A DNA stretch of 43,392 bases from Nemertoderma westbladi (GCA_032718475.1 JAUCBJ010000749.1:1-43392), one strand, 5' to 3'; shown: positions 12,518-24,774, numbered from the stretch's first letter. A program made the numbers and translations. Notes: generated by a model from the letters alone, not told the origin.

Positions 12518-13363
12518 GTAAGTATAATAGGTATTATAATAATAGCATAATATATTGGTATAATAGGGGTGGGGGGTGATCCCTCAATAGGGAAGAAAAA
12601 TTTAAAAGGGCAACACAAACAAATTGGCATTTTTGATGCAACATTCAACAAAATCCAGGGTTGAAGATCGCACAGCTGCTGAGCAAGTTGGAGCATTTAT
12701 GTACCGTGTCTGGAAACCGGCACCTCGAACCGAGAACTTTCAGTTCAATTATAATCGCCTAGAATATTAACTACCACTACTATTCGAGTGAGCTCAGGCA
12801 GTTGAAATGTGGTCCTTGCAGGCTTCCCGATTCTCTATAGTTATCGCAGTGTCTTTTCTCCCAAGTGCAGTACCTTTCAAATTCGTCCATATGTCATTGC
12901 CAACAAACTGGTGCAGGAAAGCTCTGATTTCCAGATGGTATCCATTTTTAATAGAGATTTGATTTTTATTTATGTTTATGGCCTCATGGAACTTCTTTAT
13001 TTTCTCGAGTTAGGAGAAACCTTGTTTGATGCGATATTAGGACCAAGAGCACTGACTGGTCTAGAGCGTAAAAAATCGTCTAAATCTCTATGTTGGTTTT
13101 GAGACCTCAAACTACCAATGTCAACAACCACTTTCTTGGCTAAGCAATGCCAGGAGCAACCATTATAAATAAAATAATATGAAGTTTATTAAGAACCATA
13201 TTTATTATGAGTCCAGATTGATGCGATATTGGCAATTGTGCTCACTGGCAGGGCACGCGGAAACAACATCCCATTCCCGCAATTCCGACCGCAAGGATGT
13301 TTTTTCATTTGTAATTAAACATTTTGTGGAATATTTTTGTTATTATAGATTACTTTGTTTCAG

Positions 13364-13582
13364 TTTGTAACTCCTGTTCTAAAGATTAATAGAAGCGGGT
13401 TTACTCGGACTCCAAGGATAATGATTGTCTCCAACTCATCCATCATTACCTTAAATGAAAACTTCCGCGTAAAACAACGAATTGGATATGAAGATCTCGA
13501 ATCTATTGTTTTAAGCAAAAATAGTGATGATGTGTTGATTCTAAAACATAAAGACTGTAATAATTGGACATCTTTGAATAAG
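13364..13582 (+). CDS. Myo1c: Myosin-I coding exon (TH1 PH-like domain)
   Basis: tttcag| ... |gtacac; KINRSGFTRTPR keeps the K...R phosphoinositide-binding signature of TH1. Confidence 0.9.
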
Positions 13583-14218
13583 GTACACACGTAGCCAATG
13601 AATTCATGTTATTGATATATTAATTTTTTATTTTAATTTTCATTAATCCTATAGTAAGCGATATGTACTAATCATGCAAAAAAGCCAAAATGTTATCTAA
13701 AATCTGAAAACTGAATAATATTTCATATTGAGTTATATATGTTCTTAATCTTATATAATTATAAAACTATAATTTAATGGAAGATATTTTTGTAGCATGA
13801 ATATTTATTTAACTAACGCTTTTTAACAAATTTGGTGATGATTTCTCATTTAAACGTTTTGCTTTTCGAACTAAAGACATTTAAAAATGAGAATATCCGA
13901 ATCTTTTGCTGGCACTGTGTATTGCGGATACTAAACTATAAAACGAGTAGCGGACACTAAACATTCTGGAATAATATATTAACATAATAATATATATTCA
14001 ATTCAATATTCAATTATTTTATTGGTCTAAAACTTCAGTCAGCAAGCTGAGCTGAAGGCAGTTTAAAACAACTGATAATTATAAGACCAACGTCTACGCT
14101 ACCCTAAGTACAACCAAACAAATACGTGAACTGTACTGCATATAATAATATTGAACTGTAATTTACAAACAACATATAATAATAATAATATATATATAAT
14201 ATATTAACGATATTTTAG

Positions 14219-14310
14219 GGAAGTTTAATTGTATCCACGAAGAATGCCATAGAGTTAGCAACGAAGATTCATTTGTATAGTCTCATAGATGTTGTTATTG
14301 ATAACGAACC
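14219..14310 (+). CDS. Myo1c: Myosin-I coding exon (TH1)
   Basis: ttttag| ... CC|gttagt; GSLIVSTKNAIELATKI matches TH1 KGD......H.IE..TK; phases consistent. Confidence 0.85.
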
Positions 14311-14451
14311 GTTAGTATTGAACTCCGTGTAATGTTTTCTAGGATAATAAACATGAACTTTGGTGTAAATTTGTAGTAACTCTGTTCTTGCCGTTCTAGA
14401 ATTTTCTGATTGAGTTGGTATGTTTTTTTTATGTAATTACTCTCGTTACAG

Positions 14452-14572
14452 AATTGTAATCCCTACGGTCTATGGAGAACAGGCAGTTGAATTCAAAAAA
14501 GGTCGTTCAGCGAAGCTAAAGACTGGAGATAAAGGTCAACTCGTAATTGTATCTCCCCGAGATAAAAGTTGA
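14452..14572 (+). CDS. Myo1c: Myosin-I last coding exon
   Basis: ttacag|; IVIPTVYGEQAVEFKKGRSAKLKTGDKGQLVIVSPRDKS* (TGA 14570-14572) resembles the Myo1c end NGHLAVVAPR. Confidence 0.87.
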
Positions 14573-16507
14573 TCTAAAAGTCAACAGCAAGTGGTGATTC
14601 TTCTCAAATTATATGTAACCAAACAATATCCTTTCAATGGCTTACTCCTTCATATGTTACAGGACTACCCCGGCTGTGCCTACACATTATTATAACTTCG
14701 GTGTAAGTAATGGGAACGTGTTTATCTCCAATTTTTTTGGATTCAAAATATCTTCTGGAATTATTTATATATATAATATAACAATAACTGCAATAATTTC
14801 ACTTCATGTCACCACCGTGTTAAATAAATACCTTTGGCTGTTATTTTTCCCTTTACCGCAACTATGATATTTACTCAAATCGTTGTCTTTAATTTTACTG
14901 TTATTTTTGTTACTATAACTATATATAGCACCGGGTTGGCACTGGGTTGGCACCGGGTTGGCACTGGGTTGGCACTGGGAAGGGGTGCAATTCGCCCCAC
15001 TTGGGTAAAGAATTGCTGAAGAAACACAATATACAGTCACAACGTTTTTGAGAATTCTCAAATCAAATCTATTTGGCAACTTAAAGGAAATCATCACTCT
15101 GTGGTTGTACTTTTCGTTTTACCTAACAATGTACTACACAGCTGTAAAATTTGTAATTATGTAATTATGTAATTGTTTAATTTCTTTTTAATATGTTATA
15201 TATATATATGGATCGCAGAAATCAATCAGCATTAGTATAGGATTCTGCACCGCTGCAAATCCTTATAAAAATGTATTTTCAAAAATTTAAAGATTTCTAC
15301 AAAGTGCCACCCAGACTTTTTTTTGGCACAACTGCATAAAATGGGTCAATTTAATTCAATGACTCAATTTTTTGTCATTTGATTAAACCTCTTAAAATGC
15401 CGGGTTTTGAAAATTGTCACAGTGAATTCTCTGATGGCGATTTAGTGAAGAATATATCAGTGTTAGAATTCTTCAGGAATCTTTTTTTCGTAATGACCTC
15501 GTTTTGCCATGGTAATATTTTTGAACTTAATTTGCGCATGGGTCATGTGAATTTTTTTACCATTGCAATTACCAAGCAATTTATGAGGCTTTTATAAAAT
15601 TTTTTGTTGGCAATTTGTAAAGCATAACAGAATCTACTACTAAGAACAATGTTGCAACTAAAACAATAACATTTTGCACCAAAATCTAAATGTTAATTTT
15701 TAATTTACCACACCTTAAATTTTCCAAACTTCGTGTTGTTTAATAATAACGGCATCAGAATAATATTTCAAATCCCTAGGATGACTATGGTATGGTAACT
15801 ACTATGTCCCTTACCTGTAGTCAGCTGAAGATAAGTACAATTCTACAATTATGAAGTTCTACCGCTATAAATAGTCTCACTAAACGTTTACGTGCCTCAG
15901 AGAAACCCGTAATAAAGTCTATTTTGTGTCATTGTTCAAAGGATTCTAGAATTTTACCATTGGCTAACCTTTACTTACCTAACCTACCGAGTAATTTCTA
16001 TAATAGTTACAGTAATAATATAATATTGTCTAGTTGTGGTAAAGTATAAGTATGGCAAAACCATGCTTGTATGTATTTATATAATTAATTGTAATAGGTG
16101 TATAAATGTAATATGTATAAATATTTAATATTTAATATGTATAATATAACTATTATTGGCTTAATTACCCTGAATAAAGAAGAAATATATGAATAAAATT
16201 GAGTGCATTTGTTTAGCAGATTGTTAACGCCATCTAACGGCATCTACAGCAAATAAGTTATTGTGTCTTTAGACTTGAATGGGTGATGTTTCAGTACAAT
16301 ATTAGTACAATATTTTTTTTGCTTTGCAACAATCTATGTTACCTATACATAAACGTCGATATATTTTAGCACTAATATTATATATTATACAGTACTACAA
16401 GCACCTAATTCAAGAATGAACTATTTTCAACTGATAGTTGGCGTGCAAATTATGGGAATGAATTAGTTCCGCGTTCCGTTGTAATTATAATACTGTGCAA
16501 TTTAAAA

Positions 16508-16738
16508 GGTGGAGCTCGTTCAGTTAGTTGAGCGCCGGGTCTGCATCTAGTGGTTGTAGGTTCAGCCCCGCCAGGGTCCACTCAGCCTTTCATCCACTGG
16601 GGTCGATAAAATGAGTACCAGTTAAATTATTGGGAGCAAAACATTGGATAGGAGCAGCGCCCACACCTACCCTCTGGTAGCAGCTATCGAAAGATGAGCC
16701 TTCGGGTCGCCTCCGGCTTCGGCCGACTGTTTGGTTGT
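16508..16738 (+). mobile_element. tRNA-derived SINE
   Basis: A-box/B-box-like head, central CACTCAGCCTTTTCATCC...GGTCGATAAAATGAGTACC domain typical of conserved-core metazoan SINEs; second copy at 10806. Confidence 0.8.
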
Positions 16739-17098
16739 GCAATTTATTGATTTGATGTTTAATGTGATACGATCGTACAATATTGGCACAAGACATTTAT
16801 ACTACACGCACCGTACATGGCATCCTACGCCTTACATTATGCTTGTTTAATTATTTATATTATTAGCAATACTATTGCAGTCATTCAAATAATATGATTT
16901 CCCTCAATAATTTGATCCATTCAATAATGAGCCACTGACTCTTATAATTTATTAATATAAGTAATTAATAAGTAATTAATTTTATTAATTAGTAACTAAA
17001 ATTCATATATTAATAATAATCTTATAATTATCCCGCATATTGTTTTAGTTTATCAGTAATGGGGGAGGGATGGGGGTTTTGTGTCAATATGGAGTGAA

Positions 17099-17619
17099 TG
17101 TGACGGGATCTACGGATCCCGGTTTATCCGTTTGGGTTTTCTATCCACGCGTCCCCGCCGTGTGTGAAAGGTAAACGAGTTCTGATGTTGGGTAATATGT
17201 ATAAAGGTATAATAGTCTGACAGTTGATATAATATAGTATGACACAATAGGTAATATATAATGGCGGTAGCGGACGGTGACAGAAGTCCCCGTTCCACCC
17301 TACTGATCTGACCTACTGAGTAAACTGAGTGAATGATTACAGGTTACTGGTTATATTGCACGGTGGCCTTATTGCTACTCAATCGATGCCTTTCCCCCCT
17401 CTGATTGGTTGATACCCCTGTTGGCACCCTGTGGAGTATTCCGTTCACTCCACCTGTTCTCCTTGGGTTAGGGGTTTGGCCCCTGACCCTCTATTGTGTG
17501 CTTCCTTCCCACTCTCATTGGGATGGCACGAGTTGGTTAATTGCCCAATCTCGTGGCTCCCAATATTGCTTATCGGCTAATAACTTTATGGGGTGTTGGC
17601 GGGATTGAATAAGCTAACA
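17099..17619 (-). repeat. 3' LTR (521 bp)
   Basis: TGTGACGGG...GCTAACA; differs from the other LTR by one substitution and one 4-bp indel that I could see. Confidence 0.96.
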
Positions 17620-17628
17620 CTCCCCCCC
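17620..17628 (-). promoter_or_regulatory. Polypurine tract
   Basis: Plus CTCCCCCCC = minus GGGGGGGAG directly before the 3' LTR; preceded on the transcript by a 10-bp-stem hairpin ATGCTATCTT/AAGATAGCAT (17629-17657). Confidence 0.88.
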
Positions 17629-18539
17629 ATGCTATCTTCCCGGTAAGAAGATAGCATCAACCAAAAAAGTGCGTTACAATCCCGCTGGATCCCGATCTAG
17701 TATCGGGTGTGGGGTGGAATTCTTTTCTCTAGGAGCCGGCTTTCCAGGCCGCCCCCTATGGGTATGATAACGCTACCCTGTGTGCCTGGCGTCTCATGTC
17801 GGGCCGATCGCGCTCACCTCTTCACGCGATTTTTGTTTCCCCAACATTTTCGCCCTACCTCACCTTCACTCTCACCCTAACTCTCTCATACCCCCGGACC
17901 TCCTCGTCCCACACTCTTCCTCTCACTTCTCCTCCCCCACACTTGAATTGCGCCCACACTCTTTTCGCACTCCGCACTATCACTCCATCCCTCCTTGACT
18001 ACCTCATCCCTTCTGACGAATCTCACCCCCCCTCCGTGCCGTCGCACTCAGGAAATGTGAAATCGTCTGGCGTCTTGCCCCTAGTGCCATAGTCACTTAG
18101 CCCCCCAGTCCCAGTAGCTAATTGAGAAAGGTTGTATGACTATAGTACTTACACCACTCTCTCCGCACTCCGCACTATCACCTCTCCACTCTCTTGTCAC
18201 TCCCTAAGGCTTTAATCTCTAATGTTACCCCTGTGCTATCATACTATCTACCTACTGCTTACTAACTCTAACTATCTAACTAACTCTGCTAACTACTAAC
18301 TCTTACTACTTCTAGCTCTAACTGAGAGCCTCTAACTTTCTACTGACTCTAACTCTCCACTAAGTCTAACTAACTCCTACTAGCTCTCTACTTCTACTAA
18401 CTCTACTTGACTCCTCTGAGTCTACCAACTCTGCTAACTAGCTCTACTAACTCTACTCCACTAGCTCTGCTAACTCTACTCCACTAGCTCTGCTAACTCT
18501 ACTAACTAGCTCTACTAACTCTACTCCACTCTTCTAACT

Positions 18540-20290
18540 ACGTGGCGCTTGCGGTGCCCACAACCACTCTACTATATGGCACCCTATGTGCCCTCTCTGC
18601 TCTACTCTACTACCTGGCACCCTATGTGCCCTCTCTACTACACTACTACCTCTCTAACTCTACTACCTGGCACCCTATGTGCCCGTCTCTACTCTTCTAC
18701 TCTCTGGCACCCTATGTGCCCGTCTCTACTCCTCTACATCCCCTTTACGTCTCATCGCCTACACGTGACGCTCTGAGTGCCGGCAGAGTGGGTACGTTAA
18801 TTATGTGAACTACTACTGACTCTACTAACTCTACTAACTCTCTTCTAACTCTACTAACTCTTTTTGTGCCCGGCACCTCTTGTGCCCGGCACCTTCTAAC
18901 TCTACTAACTCTTTTTGTGCCCGGCACCTCTTGTGCCCGGCACCTTCTAACTCTACTAACTCTACTACTAACTCAACTAACTCTACTACTAACTCAACTA
19001 ACTCTACTACTAACTCTTTTTGTGCCCGGCACCTCTTGTGCCCGGCACCCACCCTAATTAACATACCCTGCTCTTACATCAAACACGTCATCACGCCCGT
19101 GCCCCACTAAGTTCAGCGCATTCCCTACTGACTCTAACTACGTGGCGCTCCCGGTGCCCACAACCCTTCTACTGCTACTACTAACACTCCTAACTAGCGG
19201 TACTACGTACCCTCTTACTACTCTAGCTCTCTCTACTAGCTAGCGGTACAACGTACCCTCTTACTACTCTAGCTCTCTCTACTAGCTAGCGGTACAACGT
19301 ACCCTCTTACTACTCTAGCTCTCTCTACTAGCTAGCGGTACTACGTACCCTCTTACTCTTACTCTCTAACCGGTACTTACGTACCCTCTAACTCTAACTA
19401 ACTATTGGTACTACGTACCCTCTAACTCTCTAACTATCGGTACTACGTACCCTCTAACTCTAACTAGGTACTACGTACCTACTGACTCTCTAACTATCGG
19501 TACTACGTACCTTCTAACTCTAACTCTAACTAGGTACCACGTACCTACTAACTCTAACTCTAACTCTAACTAGGTACTACGTACCTACTAACTCTCTAAC
19601 TATCGGTACTACGTACCCTCAACTAACTAACTAACTAACTAACTAACTCTTACTCTCTAGCTAGCTAGCGGTACTACGTACCCCTTAGCTCCTACTCTCT
19701 AACGGTACTGCGTACCCTCTAACTCTTACTCTCTAATCGGTACTTACGTACCCTCTAACTCTAACTACCTAGCGGTACTTACGTACCCTCTAACTCTTAC
19801 TCTAACTAGCGGTACTTACGTACCCTCTAACTCTAACTACCTAGCGGTACTTACGTACCCTCTAACTCTAACTACCTAGCGGTACTTACGTACCCTCTAA
19901 CTCTTACTCTAACTAGCGGTACTTACGTACCCTCTAACTCTAGCTAACTAACGGTACTTACGTACCCTCTAACTCTTACTCTAATTAGCGGTACTTACGT
20001 ACCCTCTAACTCTCTTCTACTAACGGTACTACACGTACCCTCCTATTAACTCTTCTACTAACGGTACTACACGTACCCTCCTACTAACTCTTCTACTAAC
20101 GGTACTACACGTACCCTCCTACTAACTCTTCTACTAACGGTACTACACGTACCCTCCTACTAACTCTTCTACTAACGGTACTACACGTACCCTCCTACTA
20201 ACTCTTCTACTAACGGTACTACACGTACCCTCCTACTAACTCTTCTACTAACGGTACTACACGTACCCTCCTACTAACTCCTAACTACCT
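18540..20290 (-). repeat. Array of short inverted repeats (GGTAC-N3-5-GTACC, GGCAC-N5-GTGCC, GTGCCCGGCAC) in G-poor CTA-rich linkers
   Basis: About 29 GGTAC/GTACC units (19199-20267, ending in 7 copies of a 38-bp unit), 4 GGCAC-CCTAT-GTGCC units (18578-18720), 6 GTGCCCGGCAC units (18866-19049). Confidence 0.92.
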
Positions 20291-20329
20291 AACTTCTACC
20301 TACTTTATTATTTAATTATTTTTATTTAA

Positions 20330-23300
20330 TTAAATAATTATTTTATATTTTGTGCGTGGGAAGGGCGTCTCGCCCTCATTCCCACCCCCCTCAGTCCAAA
20401 ACTTTGGACGACTAAACACTCTCAGGTGCCCCTCCTTCCGGTAGGCACTCTCCTGCTGCCCTCCTATACGTCCTCTAACTCTTCGCCACACTCTCTTCGG
20501 TGCTACCTTTGCTGGCCTCCCCCTTCGTATGTGCGCTGGCATTAGAGCCCTCGACGACCCCCGCTCGTTCCTTGGTACACGCGGTGTCTGCCCATGTAAT
20601 GCCCCCTCGCACTGTGTCCGTCCTGCGTGTGTATGCAACACGCCTCCTCCTACTTTCCCGACTCCCTTAAGTTTGCTGATAGGCTTCTCTGCCCCTTGTT
20701 TAATCCTTTCATATCCTCTCCCTTTCCAACACTCTCCGGATCTGTGTCCTTTTACCACACATCGATGACATAGTCCGTTTGCGTCTGTGTAGGCTACACG
20801 ATCTCGTTTGGGCAACGCTTGCCAGTACTTGCAACTCCTGGTCTTATGGGTTCCGTCCCGATGTAATTGACATTGGAATCCTGGATTATAGCGTTTCCTG
20901 TATAGTCCTTCACGTATCGCGCTTAGGTTTATACGTACCGATTTAATGTTTTGGTTGTCTAGACTCGGCCTACTGGGTATATTGGGATTGTGTTTATTTT
21001 TGGTGTTATTTTCTTTCTGTCCCTGCCACGGTGTGGCCCTGCTACCAGCTAACCGTGGACTAGCAGTCCCCTGTACGGCCGCGTGTGGTGGTAACTGTCC
21101 GCACGACCTGTTCTCGTCCAGGGAGTTCGATGTTCTCGCTCCTATCGGGGTACATTGTCGATATTGTGATGGGGGAATGTCACCCTGTCCCCCCCCAGCC
21201 GGTATGTTTGGTACTGGGGTTGATGTTAATATATTGGGGCCCATACATCTATCTACAATAACTCCCCCCTCCCCTGGATGTATGTTATGTCCCTGTGTAT
21301 TATAGTCATGCTGCTGTACCGATATAGGCCTACCTACCTCTCGCCTACCTACCGGTATGTACTCCGCGACTTCCGGGTTTAATCCCGTCGTTCGCGCTAC
21401 CCCATCGCCTACTCTATCTCTCCCAGCATGGCCTATAATAGTATGTGCAGTAAGGCCTACAGTATGTCCTGCAGTCTGCATGTGCCCTTCCGAACCGAAG
21501 TTTATTCTTCGCGAATCTCGAATCTCCCCGCGACTACCGTACTCTCGATCGGCAGCTATATCCCGTCGGGAAGTTTCCCCTCGATCCCCTCTCCTGTTCT
21601 CTTCTTCGTACTGGTACGTCCTGTACCCCCCTCCTGGCGTGCGGTGTGTTTCTCCGGGGCGACGGCAATCTCCCGAAGTTCGACTCCACCGACTTCCTAA
21701 CTCCATCTCTATTATCGACGGTCCGCTATCCGTCCTCACACTCCTATCGTTCGTGGCGACACTTCTTCTACTATCTTCTCTTCTTCTCTTTTCTGTGTAG
21801 TATTCCGGCTCGTGAGGTCTCTCGTCGACCCCCCGGTTAAACTCCACTGTTCTTCTTCCCTCTTCTGGTCGGGCTCGACGCTTCGTCTGCCCTCTCGCGA
21901 CGTCAACCTGCTTCTCTCTGCTCGATCGCACGCCGCTGGGGATACTCGCAATCCCCCTATTACTCTCCGTCGCCGGTTGTTGCGGTTTACCTATTTCGGC
22001 CCTCGCATTATCCGCTGACGGCTGTGGGACACTCCCTGCCCCCCCTCTCTCTCTACTAATCTCTCGCGGTGGGGTGCCCGTAGCCCCCCCCCACCCGCCA
22101 CTTCTAACTTCACTATTTCTTACTATACTTCTACACCCCTCTTGTGGGGCATTCTCTGCCCCCCCTCTCTCGCCACTAATCTTATGTGGTGGGGCGCCGG
22201 TAGCCCCCCCCCACCCGCCACATCTAACTTCAATATCTCTTACTTCGTCTCTACACCCCTCTCTAGTCGACGCACTGTCTCTACTACGGTTGGGTCTATT
22301 CACCCCCGCCTCTCTCTCTACTACTGCGTGGCCCATCAGGCCTACTTCGGGTTGGCTCAACCCCGCTACCCCCTGCCTACCAACTACGTGGCCTACCAGG
22401 CCGCCGTCGGGTTGGCTCAACCCTGCCACTTCCTGCCTACTAACTACGTGGCCTACCAGGCCACCGTCTGCTGAGTTATGTACGTCCGACACGCTCATAT
22501 TAATAGCACCATTCCCAATATTATTTGTTAAATCAATTAAATTGTTAGAATTTGAAACGGGATTATTATTTAAATTATTTAAATTACTTAGATCACTACT
22601 ATTCTCTAAACTTAAATTATTATTCGAATTATTTTGCGGGTTTGAATTGAAATTATTATTTAGAATATTTGTATTTAAATTTAAATTACTACTACCCGGT
22701 AAAATATTATTTCCTGTAATAAAGGGATTAGGGTTATTTACTACGGTACTATTAACATTAACTGTCTCTAACGTACTACTACTACACCCCCCGCCCGTAC
22801 GGCTACACCAGTTCTGGCTCTCTCGCCCGGTGCCTGTAAGTGGGGGCTCACTCTCTGATATCTCCAACCGCGCCAGTTCTAGTCGGCGCTGGTCTAATTT
22901 GGCTTGATATTGCGCAAGCCTCCCTAGCTGAGCACGCAAATCATCCCGCATGCGCTCACCCTCTATCCCCATCTCTCGCATATTCTGCTCGGCCAACTCT
23001 GCCTCTCTCGCAAGCATCTCAAGCCGCCTCGCCGGCTCGCTCTCTACTCCTATCTCTCGCTCTCTACACTCCTTGGCTCCCTCTCTACACTTCTCGGCCC
23101 TCTCTCTACACTCCCTCTCCAACTCTCCTACCTTCTCTGAGAATGCGGTTCCCTCTCTCAATCGTCTCTCTAACTCATTCTGCTCTGTCGCAACCATTTC
23201 TAATTTATACGCCATGCGTTTACTCTCTCGCACCCGTCTTTCTTTTACGGAGGATGTAGCAGACTTATCGGTTGCGACGGACTCCCGTCGCCCCTCCGTC

Positions 23301-24178
23301 CCACTAACTTTCCCCCGCCTCCCGGAACTTCCTCCGACCGACGAGACCGAATCCTCGGAGTTAACCTCGGATTCGCCCTCCTCAGGTCTCTTCCAACCCA
23401 CTAATTTTACTCCCCGGGCATCGACTAAGTATGGCCCTACGTACACTACGCTAGGTTCCATACCCCCACATTCCCATAGTTCGATCAGTTCGTTGGCAAC
23501 TCCCCTCGCCCTCTCCTCGGCTAGTTCTCTCTGCCCAAAACGCATTAGGTAATCAAAGTGTCTATTCGACTCACCTAGTCGTTTCCTCAGTCTCACCTCG
23601 TCTATCTTCGCCCCTCCTTTGGCCTCTCTCAGTCGCTCTCGGGTCGCGAGGTAGGCTCGTCGGAGCCGGTCGCTGACTCCGACGTCCTCGTTGCCGACAT
23701 CTCCTCTATCCTTCCGTGTCCGGCGTCGTACCGTCGGCCCCACCGTCGCCCCTCCGGTGGACCGTTCGTCGTCCTCGGCCTGTGGCTGGCCGGCGACATC
23801 GGTACCGACATCTCCCTCATCTCTCCGGGTCCGACGTCGTACCGACGGCCCCACCGTCGCCGTTCCGGTGGACCGTTCGTCGTCCTCGGCCTGTGGCTGG
23901 CCGGTGACATCGGTATGTCGACCCTCGCTCCGCGTCGACTCGTCTTTCTCTTCTTCTCCCTTCTCGTCTCCTTCCCTCGACTCACTCTCCGGTTGTAGAC
24001 GACCCCCCACATCTTGATTCGTCGGGTTGCTCGTTGTCGACGTGGCGTCAACCTGCGTCGACGTGGTCGGCGTAGCATCGATCGGCGTCGTGGGTTCGTA
24101 TCGTCTCGCCGTGGCCTCGCGGATCGTTAGATCGTCGTCCGGGGTCCGCGGCGGTGTCATTCCTCTCTCTCGACTCAT
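20330..24178 (-). CDS. Gag-like protein (~1282 aa from first ATG): coiled coil, long low-complexity region, two zinc knuckles
   Basis: Uninterrupted ORF inside the LTR element; CQLHRDGTHKTRSC...DR......GLCHRCVVKGHRSGEC follows the BEL/Pao Gag Cys-His layout; the track start at 24223 is GTG, first ATG at 24178. Confidence 0.85.
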   Translation of the reverse strand: MSRERGMTPPRTPDDDLTIREATARRYEPTTPIDATPTTSTQVDATSTTSNPTNQDVGGRLQPESESREGDEKGEEEKDESTRSEGRHTDVTGQPQAEDDERSTGTATVGPSVRRRTRRDEGDVGTDVAGQPQAEDDERSTGGATVGPTVRRRTRKDRGDVGNEDVGVSDRLRRAYLATRERLREAKGGAKIDEVRLRKRLGESNRHFDYLMRFGQRELAEERARGVANELIELWECGGMEPSVVYVGPYLVDARGVKLVGWKRPEEGESEVNSEDSVSSVGGSSGRRGKVSGTEGRRESVATDKSATSSVKERRVRESKRMAYKLEMVATEQNELERRLREGTAFSEKVGELERECRERAEKCREGAKECREREIGVESEPARRLEMLAREAELAEQNMREMGIEGERMRDDLRAQLGRLAQYQAKLDQRRLELARLEISESEPPLTGTGRESQNWCSRTGGGCSSSTLETVNVNSTVVNNPNPFITGNNILPGSSNLNLNTNILNNNFNSNPQNNSNNNLSLENSSDLSNLNNLNNNPVSNSNNLIDLTNNIGNGAINMSVSDVHNSADGGLVGHVVSRQEVAGLSQPDGGLVGHVVGRQGVAGLSQPEVGLMGHAVVEREAGVNRPNRSRDSASTREGCRDEVRDIEVRCGGWGGATGAPPHKISGERGGAENAPQEGCRSIVRNSEVRSGGWGGATGTPPREISRERGGAGSVPQPSADNARAEIGKPQQPATESNRGIASIPSGVRSSREKQVDVARGQTKRRARPEEGRRTVEFNRGVDERPHEPEYYTEKRRREDSRRSVATNDRSVRTDSGPSIIEMELGSRWSRTSGDCRRPGETHRTPGGGYRTYQYEEENRRGDRGETSRRDIAADREYGSRGEIRDSRRINFGSEGHMQTAGHTVGLTAHTIIGHAGRDRVGDGVARTTGLNPEVAEYIPVGRREVGRPISVQQHDYNTQGHNIHPGEGGVIVDRCMGPNILTSTPVPNIPAGGGQGDIPPSQYRQCTPIGARTSNSLDENRSCGQLPPHAAVQGTASPRLAGSRATPWQGQKENNTKNKHNPNIPSRPSLDNQNIKSVRINLSAIREGLYRKRYNPGFQCQLHRDGTHKTRSCKYWQALPKRDRVAYTDANGLCHRCVVKGHRSGECWKGRGYERIKQGAEKPISKLKGVGKVGGGVLHTHAGRTQCEGALHGQTPRVPRNERGSSRALMPAHIRRGRPAKVAPKRVWRRVRGRIGGQQESAYRKEGHLRVFSRPKFWTEGGGNEGETPFPRTKYKIII

Positions 24179-24257
24179 CGTCGTCTTTGGTGGCTGGCAG
24201 CCACGTTGATAACAATCTATCACTGTCAGGGCAGCTGGGCGGATCTGATTCTGTCAC

Positions 24258-24774
24258 TGTGACGGGATCTACGGATCCCGGTTTATCCGTTTGGGTTTTC
24301 TATCCACGCGTCCCCGCCGTGTGTGAAAGGTAAAAGAGTTCTGATGTTGGGTAATATGTATAAAGGTATAATAGTCTGACAGTTGATATAATATAGTATG
24401 ACACAATAGGTAATATATAATGGCGGTAGCGGACGGTGACAGAAGTCCCCGTTCCACCCTACTGATCTGACTGAGTAAACTGAGTGAATGATTACAGGTT
24501 ACTGGTTATATTGCACGGTGGCCTTATTGCTACTCAATCGATGCCTTTCCCCCCTCTGATTGGTTGATACCCCTGTTGGCACCCTGTGGAGTATTCCGTT
24601 CACTCCACCTGTTCTCCTTGGGTTAGGGGTTTGGCCCCTGACCCTCTATTGTGTGCTTCCTTCCCACTCTCATTGGGATGGCACGAGTTGGTTAATTGCC
24701 CAATCTCGTGGCTCCCAATATTGCTTATCGGCTAATAACTTTATGGGGTGTTGGCGGGATTGAATAAGCTAACA
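24258..24774 (-). repeat. 5' LTR (517 bp)
   Basis: Copy of 17099-17619; TATA-like CAATATAA (24513-24506) ~30 nt upstream of Inr-like TCAGTT (24483-24478) on the minus strand. Confidence 0.96.

Larger units (their letters stand above)
17099..24774 (-). mobile_element. Non-autonomous (gag-only, pol-less) BEL/Pao-like LTR retrotransposon, full length
   Basis: Two near-identical TG...CA LTRs; 5-bp TSD GTGAA at 17094-17098 and 24775-24779; PPT GGGGGGGAG abutting the 3' LTR; one long ORF with BEL-type Cys-His knuckles; no PR/RT/RH/IN motifs seen. Confidence 0.93.

Noticed and set aside
17110-17608. Short ORFs duplicated in both LTRs
   Set aside because: Identity is due to LTR duplication; no coding signature.
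20529-24209. Many plus-strand ORFs inside the LTR element
   Set aside because: Antisense shadows of the GC-rich Gag-like ORF.
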